A stretch of DNA of 60,283 bases, the filler included, from Sluysia triapertura (lineage: Eukaryota): NCBI GenBank assembly GCA_046118255.1. It is 4 parts of 4 records of this genome, joined end to end, with 100 filler letters (N's around TTAATTAATTAA, not from the genome) between each part and the next. Parts side by side here need not be neighbours in the genome. Positions count along the whole stretch, not along the records: positions 45,088 to 60,283 come from JBJNIA010235227.1; 3 more parts are not named here. One strand, given 5' to 3'. A model generated the notes under the pieces. The model ran no database searches and was not told the origin of the DNA. It saw only the letters and a list, made by a program, of their open reading frames with translations. This document shows positions 53,101 through 60,283 of the stretch, one piece after another. Position numbers and translations under genes: made by a program. Positions within the stretch are counted from its first letter, which is position 1, and every line of letters begins with the position of its first letter.

Positions 53101-55347
53101 TTTAGACGAACCTCCTTTTTGTGATGATGTAAATTATTGGAATGGTGATAGTTTTCATCCAGAGCGTCAAGGTTTACCTGGAAAATCTATTCTGCGTCCA
53201 CCATCTCACAATGGTTCTTTTTCTAAACGAAAAGATAGGTCACCAACACATTCGAACTCCAACCGAAATAAATATTTTGAAGATTATCCAAATTTGAAAA
53301 GATGTAAAGAGCCTCGTTACGATTTTGACGATATAAATAATGTTAGAAGATCGTGGAAGTATGTTTATGTATGTTTACATGAATTTTTATTTTGTATAGT
53401 CAAGATTTGGATGGAAACGCTATAAGGCAATATTCAGCTATTGGCCCACATCGTTATTATGTAAGAGAATACAACAATATTCCACATTCATATTCAACCA
53501 ATCACATTCCAAATAGGTATTTATTGTGTTGATTTTAATTCTATTATTTTTTAATTTTATTCAGTTTATAAAATGCAATTTCTTAATTAAATCTTGCCGA
53601 ATTTACATATCAGTAATAATTTTTCCATAATATGTCATTATTATAACAAAAAACTTATTTCTAAAAAATTCCTTTTTGCAATTGACAATTTTTTAAATTT
53701 TAATACTTAAATAAATTTGAAATATTTTCTCAACTTTATTGATGTGCATTATACAAATATTAAATTTCTGAATATAAAAATTGTGTAAGTGTTTAAAGTT
53801 GTTTTTTCTCTTTAAAATCTGCAAGATTTGCTTTTCGTTGTAAAATATTATTAAACTCTTAATATCAGAAATTTTGATCCACAGTTTATCCATAGTTTTT
53901 TTGTATTTATAAGCTTTTCGAATAAGTTAGAGACTAAACAATAGCAACATTTAAGGTCTGGTTTGAAAATATATTCGAAACAAAATAAAAACTAGCAGAA
54001 ATTAATGTTGCACTCTTCAATATTTATCAATAATTATGGTAAATTTTATGATATTAATTAGGTATTAGTTTTCACAGAAACTTCATTAACAATCATTAGT
54101 ATTATCAATGCTTATTAAATTGAAATAATTGCTTCATAAGCACACCATTATAATTAATAGATGTTGCATTAGTACCAATTATAATGTATATGAGTGATAC
54201 CTTACAAAATTTATTGTGTTAAGATTTGTTAACATGTGATGGGTTGAGATCAACCTAATTAAGGACATTAATTATATAACTGCTTATTTTTTACATTAAT
54301 TTTACAACTGTGAACATGTTCGACAAATGATAAAGCCAAAAAATAAGAATTGAATATACTTTACAATAATTATTGCTTTTTTCATGTCAAAATAATTACG
54401 TTTAGAAATTTTATTTATATAATATAAAAACACAATTTTTTATTATTATAAGTAACTTTAATACCTTTTAAAATATAAATTGTCAAATTATACAATCCAC
54501 ATTAAAACCAAATACACAAAATGCTGTACTCCGTCAAATTTTAAAAGAGTAATTATAATCGAAATCTGAATTAATACATAACTTGAAATAGCTTGAAAAA
54601 TTAACTTCTAAAGTCTTGATAACATCTAGGCTTATTTTAAAGTCGGATCGCCTATTAGAATAAGAATGAGAAATTCTTGCAAATCAGATTTTTTACTAGT
54701 TTTCAATGGAATATGATCACTCTGTTTGAGTTAACATTAACTGTGCTAGATTTATCTTGAGTCATTTGTATTTCTAATGACTAATAATTTAGATAACCTT
54801 GATATAGAAAATGCTAGATTGTTTGAGGGTTATGAAACATTTAGCAAAATATAGTCCTTTTATATTATTTTATTTATTAGTTAATGCTTTATTTGATTAT
54901 TAATTATTATTATATTATAGACACACTTGTCCTAATGATGAAGATATAAACAACTGCGAAGAAGACTATTCTGATGATGAGAGAAATGATTATGATAATT
55001 ATAAAAAAGTATTATTTTCATTATTTCAACAATTATTTTAGTACCTTGAAGATTGTCGAATTAACCGATACCTTGATGAAGCTATTCAAGAAGCAGTGTC
55101 AATGCGATTTCGCACACAGCATCTTAATGATCATGTCATGTATCGTCATCCAGATCGATATATAGATTACAGACCTATGCTTGCCGATCAGCGGAACATT
55201 TTTAGTCAGCATCCAAATAACATTCAAAGAACAAACTCTTATAATCATTATCCAATCACAACACAATCTCCCAAAATACCAGTTCATCCGGTACCGCCTC
55301 CAAATTATAGATATAATCATTATGTTCCTATGTCACGTTATAAATAG
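50129..55347 (+). CDS. Uncharacterised low-complexity protein, at least 6 exons (start uncertain..50605, 51401-51733, 52786-53358, 53400-53516, 54921-55008, 55042-55347)
   Basis: Five GT-AG introns with phases 2,2,2,2,0 give one continuous frame ending YVPMSRYK*. One short coiled coil (LEDDLRNLDEQLALVQLEEQ); no recognisable domain. Confidence 0.8.
51401..51733 (+). CDS. Orphan gene exon (coiled coil)
   Basis: tttcag|T TCA; CA|gttagt. Confidence 0.8.
52786..53358 (+). CDS. Orphan gene exon
   Basis: ttgcag|A TCA; 190 open codons; AA|gtatgt. Confidence 0.85.
55042..55347 (+). CDS. Orphan gene last exon (Pro/His/Tyr-rich)
   Basis: ttttag|TAC after a 33-nt intron; TAG at 55345-55347. Confidence 0.8.
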   Translation, partial: YLEDCRINRYLDEAIQEAVSMRFRTQHLNDHVMYRHPDRYIDYRPMLADQRNIFSQHPNNIQRTNSYNHYPITTQSPKIPVHPVPPPNYRYNHYVPMSRYK

Positions 55348-57689
55348 ATTTTCTTCATCTACCTATTCTTTCTATTTAATTCATTTAATTTTTATATAAT
55401 TGTAGTGAAAATATAAAATCATGAATCATTAGATGTATTTTGTACAATTTTAGTTAATCATTTCATGGAATTCTTTTTTTTAACACTTTGAAATAAATGA
55501 ATTTTTTTAAATTTGAATAAAAATGGAATTATATAAAATGTGTATTTAAGGATTCTGAGTCATCGTGTTTATTTAATGACAACTCATTTTATTATCGAGA
55601 TTATTATTTTATAAAATTATTGATACTATTAATATTTAAAAGTGTTTTTTATTATTTATTAAAATTTTATGAATCAGTTTAGTTATTACATTTTTTTTGT
55701 GTTCTGAAATGTAGATAAAATTTTATTTAAACATAATACTCATCTCATCCAAAAAGTCTCATTTATTTGTAGTTCTTTAAATATTGAATTCCCATTGGTT
55801 TATGTATATGTTTGCACATGTACTTAAAAATTTTGAGATTAAATCTGATAATTTTACTTTTTACTGTTTCATCAAATTTCAATTTTTAGATTCAGAAATG
55901 TTAGTTTTATTAATTTATTTTTAGTATTTTGTTGACTGCTCTATGTTATTTGTTTTCTAATATATTTATTTATTATTATACCATACCGTTACTAAAATCT
56001 TTCGATTAATAATAATAATGATGTATTTCGAGTCTTATTTTATGTAACACAATAGTCTACTATTCGTTATTAACAATATATAAATCAAATATTTTATGAA
56101 AGTTACAAATAAGAGTCTTATTTAACCTTCCACTGCTGAGTTTCGTCCAATGAACTCGCATGTAAATTTTATTAGTCTTTTTCAGGTAACTATATTTCAT
56201 GAAAATTGTACAATGAATAAATAAAACGTTTTAAGTCTCTTTAATGAACAAATTAACTTTATGGCTCTAAGGGTACATAAATCATTTTATAATTTTTTAA
56301 GCAAATAGTAAGTGTTCCGTTAAACTAGTATTTTGCATCGTACCATTTCCGATTAATCGGATTCCATAAAATCCAGATAAATGCAACTCATAAAGCTTAC
56401 AATAAATTTTCACGGAATTTAATATAAACTACTCATGATGTAAAGATGAATAAATAAAGATAAAATAATTATTCAACAAAATTAACATAATCAAAAAGTT
56501 TTTTGAAATATAACAAGAAAATGTGTAAAACTTTCAGGTGGTTTGGTTTTCATGGTTGCAATAATGACTACTAACCTAAGTTATACTAGTAAAACATAAT
56601 TTGTAATACAAAGTTTGATGAATATTAGATTAATTTGTATATTCATTGATTAAGTAATATTGGAGATAAAATGATCTTAAAATAAAGCCTTTGGTTATTA
56701 TCTAACATAGTTAGATTTATATTTATAGTATGTAAATGATTTGACTAAATTTATATTTGTGCTTTTATTGGTTCTATCTGGTTTAAATGCGTTTTATAAT
56801 CAAAAAATGACTTAAGGTCCATATGTCGAATTAGATTAAATAAATGATGTAAAATTTCATGTATTGGATAGTAAAAACAAAAATCAAATTGTTCTCGATG
56901 CTTGAAAGAGTTAAATTGTTAATCCCAAAATTATAATTATTATCATGATTATGATTAACATCAGAATCTAGTGTTATAAATTTCATATAGTTTTTTAAAT
57001 ATTTTTATTATTAAGTTCTGTAATTACTTATTTTTAATTTTAAATTTTAACTAGTAATTATATCAATAATTATTATTATTAATTAAATTTATTATTTATT
57101 ATTATGTTCTTATATTAAATTAACAAAAATGACTATAACGATAATAAACAAATTTGAATATCCAAATATTTAACTTTATTACATTATCAGAATCCCTTAT
57201 TATTCAATAATAACTTTATATAAGTTAATAAAACTCAATGTGATAACTCAATAAATCAATATGAATTACCGAAACGTACTTCTCAAACTCAGGAGTAATA
57301 GATGATATAACGTCAATACTAAAATAACAATAAAGTCTTGTAGCCCAACTAACAGCAATAAAGGAAATTAGTCAAAAGTAAAGTTTAGTCAATTGCTAAA
57401 GAAATAGAATATTCAATCGCAATATCATTTCATAGCAGAAATGTGGTTATTTATAAATTGTTTATTTATTTGATATGAAGTCGAGAATTCGACTTAATTA
57501 ATACGCGTGTTTCAAACGCCTGCTATTCCTTAAAGTCAGCGTTAAGGTGACATAATAAAAATTAAACAATAGTAATTAATAACAAGAAATTATCCAAATA
57601 TAGTGAGCTTTGTGCCAAAATAATAAAATCAAAATTTAACATAATGATTAGAACACTATTTATTGTTATAAAATAAAAAAATGCATTTT

Positions 57690-57835
57690 GGAGGTTGATC
57701 TTTCTTTCCTCATCCCACAACAACCCGATGAGGTTGGAATCTGGAATTGGAGGTGGCCATTACATAAGTTTAATTTGCGTTGCTCTAATTATTCTACATA
57801 ATTTTTGCACATTTTACTTGTGTGTTTAGGACTGT
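57690..57835 (-). mobile_element. Tc1-family transposase fragment
   Basis: PKHTSKMCKNYVE* followed by WPPPIPDSNLIGLLWDE-ERKI (compare DPKHTS...WPPQSPDLNPIExLWDEL). Confidence 0.85.
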
Positions 57836-57850
57836 TATATTTTAACATTA

Positions 57851-57905
<55 letters not shown>
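57851..57905. repeat. (ATT)n microsatellite
   Basis: Direct reading. Confidence 0.95.
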
Positions 57906-58345
57906 GTATCATCCTCTTGTTCCTCTATCTTTATTTCTGTTTACTAATAAATCATATCTTATTAAAGCATAAGACAGAGTTGATAAAATAATCTGACCAT
58001 TAGAAATCAAGTTCATGAATTTTGCCAATCTTTTAATGACCAGTTGAATAATCTATATATCCATTTTTCGTCAATATTACCGAAACTTTTAAAAAATCAA
58101 ATATCACCCATTCGCATATTTGTAATCCTTTTTCTTTTCACATTCATGTAAATCAAATATACTATTGAAAAAAATTGAATCGAATATTTTCGGTTGATTC
58201 AGTGAAGGTTTTGAGGGACCGTATCTAAACATTAATTTTGTAACCTAAACTACCAGTGAACTTATGATGGTTCAATCTGTGGCTTAAAATTTTATTAACA
58301 ATTTCAATAAAAATATCACACATATAGCAAACCAAACTTTAAGTC

Positions 58346-58447
58346 AAATATACATATTTTTAAACCTCTAAAATAACTATTAAATTATAAAAAGAAATAT
58401 ACATATTTTTAAACCTCTAAAATAACTATTAAATTATAAAAAGAAAT
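58346..58447. repeat. Perfect 49-bp tandem duplication
   Basis: aaatatacatatttttaaacctctaaaataactattaaattataaaaag x2. Confidence 0.93.
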
Positions 58448-59267
58448 CCAGTATTTTTTTCTGTATATTATGTATCAACCTTTCTTCTGGATAAGACTTT
58501 TCTTGTCAAAATGCAAAGGTTATAGTAACAGTTTATTGGAAAATTTCCACATTCAAAACAGAAAAATAATTAGAATTTATATGAAGTGTTTCAAATGCAA
58601 CCTGATATGAAACCTTTAGTTTATAGGCGAAAGGTTAGTAAAACCATTTTTCTTTCATGCACGACTTGAACTAAATGAATTTAAAATAAATATGATGAGT
58701 TTAGTCCTTAATAATGATTATAAAAAAATTAAGTAAAGCAGTTCTAGCATGTGATTCTAGAAGTACGTCATATAATGTCGGATCAAGCCATGGATTACAA
58801 TTTAAAATTAAATAAACAATTGAGGCATTAGAACAAAAAATATGCACTATCATGTTACATTATTTTTTGAACAACTAGATATTTTACTAATTTTTCATTT
58901 TTTGTAACTTGTTAAGATGATTCTGAATTTATGGTTTTCCATGATTTTATTCGATATTTTACTTCATTAAGTCATCAGTCTTTTGAAATTATTTTAACCT
59001 TTCAAATTAGAGAAATAATTTTTATCATGAGATCTATTTTCTGTGACAAATCTTTGCCATCTTCGAAAAGCTTCCAAAGAAATGCATTATAAAATGATAT
59101 AACCAAAGAATTTTGAAATAAAAAAGCTCAAATGATATATTTGCTTAATTTATTTTTTGGTGCTTCGTTTAAAGTATTATCATTTGTTAGTCTTGATTGT
59201 GCAGTCGTCGACTATCACGCTTGTACTTCAGTTTGAGAATCTAAATTTATTTCACACTATTTAGAAA

Positions 59268-59269
<2 letters not shown>

Positions 59270-59337
<68 letters not shown>
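59270..59337. repeat. (ATT)n microsatellite
   Basis: Direct reading. Confidence 0.95.
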
Positions 59338-59461
59338 AATATCATTACAATTATAATTATTGTAAATTATAATTGAAATTTCATGAAGCAGTCGAAGTTA
59401 TGACTTAATAATTTGCCTGAAAAATGATATTTGCAAGTGCTGGGTTTCTGTTTTCTTTTAA

Positions 59462-59553
59462 CTCTAAAAACTTACCTAACAGCAAAATAAATTAATATTT
59501 AGAGTCTCCTTACAGATACGACTTACCAATGTCGTATCTGTAAGTAACTTGAA
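59462..59553 (-). repeat. Hairpin/splice-motif repeat, copy 3 (perfect 14-bp stem)
   Basis: cttacagatacgac(59509-59522)-ttaccaat-gtcgtatctgtaag(59531-59544). Confidence 0.88.
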
Positions 59554-60156
59554 AATATACCAATGAATAACGATAAAGATATTTGTGCAATAACGCGCTT
59601 TAATGTCTTTAAAATTCAATTATTTATTAAATATTACAATAACGAAGTCTGTGGTCAAAAATCAATTTAAAATTATTTTAGTACATACAGTAAATTATGG
59701 TAATGTAAATAATCTTAATAATAGTTGTATAAAAAATTTTAATAATATCTGTGTAAAAATAAAATTAATTTGTAAATAATTTTAAAAAATTTTTTTATTT
59801 AATTTCTTAATCAGTATATAATTAGTACTTTAAACGTCAATCATTTTAAAAAACGAAAAAATAAAGGAAGTTTATTTATGTAATTATTCAAACGGATATT
59901 AAATATTTATCATTTACATTAACTAACTATTACAATATTTAAATCGGATATTTACGTGAAGGAAATTTATAATTGAATATTTATAATAATTATTTAATAA
60001 ACGTTACTTAATAAGCGGATATTTACGATATTATTAAAAACTAAGGATATTTTTAAATTATTAAACATTATCGGATATTCAAAAGTATAAAAGGAAAGGA
60101 TCAATAAACTATTAAGTAATATTATTATTTTAAAAATCGACAGCGAAACAATTTAT

Positions 60157-60254
60157 TTGGAACCTTGTGGAACATTATTGATATAATTTGGGAATTCGTT
60201 ATAATATTGGAACCTTGTGGAACATTATTGATATAATTTGGGAATTCGTTATAA
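60157..60254. repeat. 50-bp-period tandem duplication
   Basis: ttggaaccttgtggaacattattgatataatttgggaattcgttataa x2. Confidence 0.93.
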
Positions 60255-60283
60255 ATTTGGTTAATTCGATTTAACGCATATTT

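Noticed and set aside
54974-55399. Overlapping ORFs 54974, 55099(-) and 55181
   Set aside because: Alternative frames of the orphan gene's last exons

Overview
Very AT-rich eukaryotic (invertebrate animal) genomic DNA with spliceosomal introns, some only 33-41 nt. It is not prokaryotic, and I found no rRNA, tRNA or CRISPR array. Three artificial 100-bp spacers (44 N + TTAATTAATTAA + 44 N) split the window into four blocks that may not be adjacent in the genome. By hand-splicing GT-AG exons with consistent phases I can support five genes: (1) the 3' part of RALGAPB (- strand, 6 exons, 12232-2852); (2) a 191-aa RASSF1/3/5-type SARAH protein with no visible Ras-association domain (+, 20910-23853); (3) the 3' exons of GLMP/NCU-G1 (+, 26611-30477); (4) the first three exons of a divergent TUSC3/MAGT1 (OST3/6) gene, largely missed by the ORF track (+, 40924-44663); (5) a low-complexity orphan gene (+, about 50129-55347). 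There is also a disabled intronless KLHL10-like BTB-BACK-kelch copy and an Unkempt-like CCCH zinc-finger relic lying antisense in a RALGAPB intron. Transposon relics include piggyBac, pogo, Tc1/mariner, an L2-type LINE and MITEs. Several unclassified dispersed repeats carry hairpins, splice-site motifs or heat-shock-element arrays. Family assignments come from remembered motifs, not database searches. Most short ORFs in the track look like AT-rich noise. I cannot claim a proven new system. The best leads are the SARAH-only RASSF, the splice-signal hairpin repeat and the HSE-bearing repeat.
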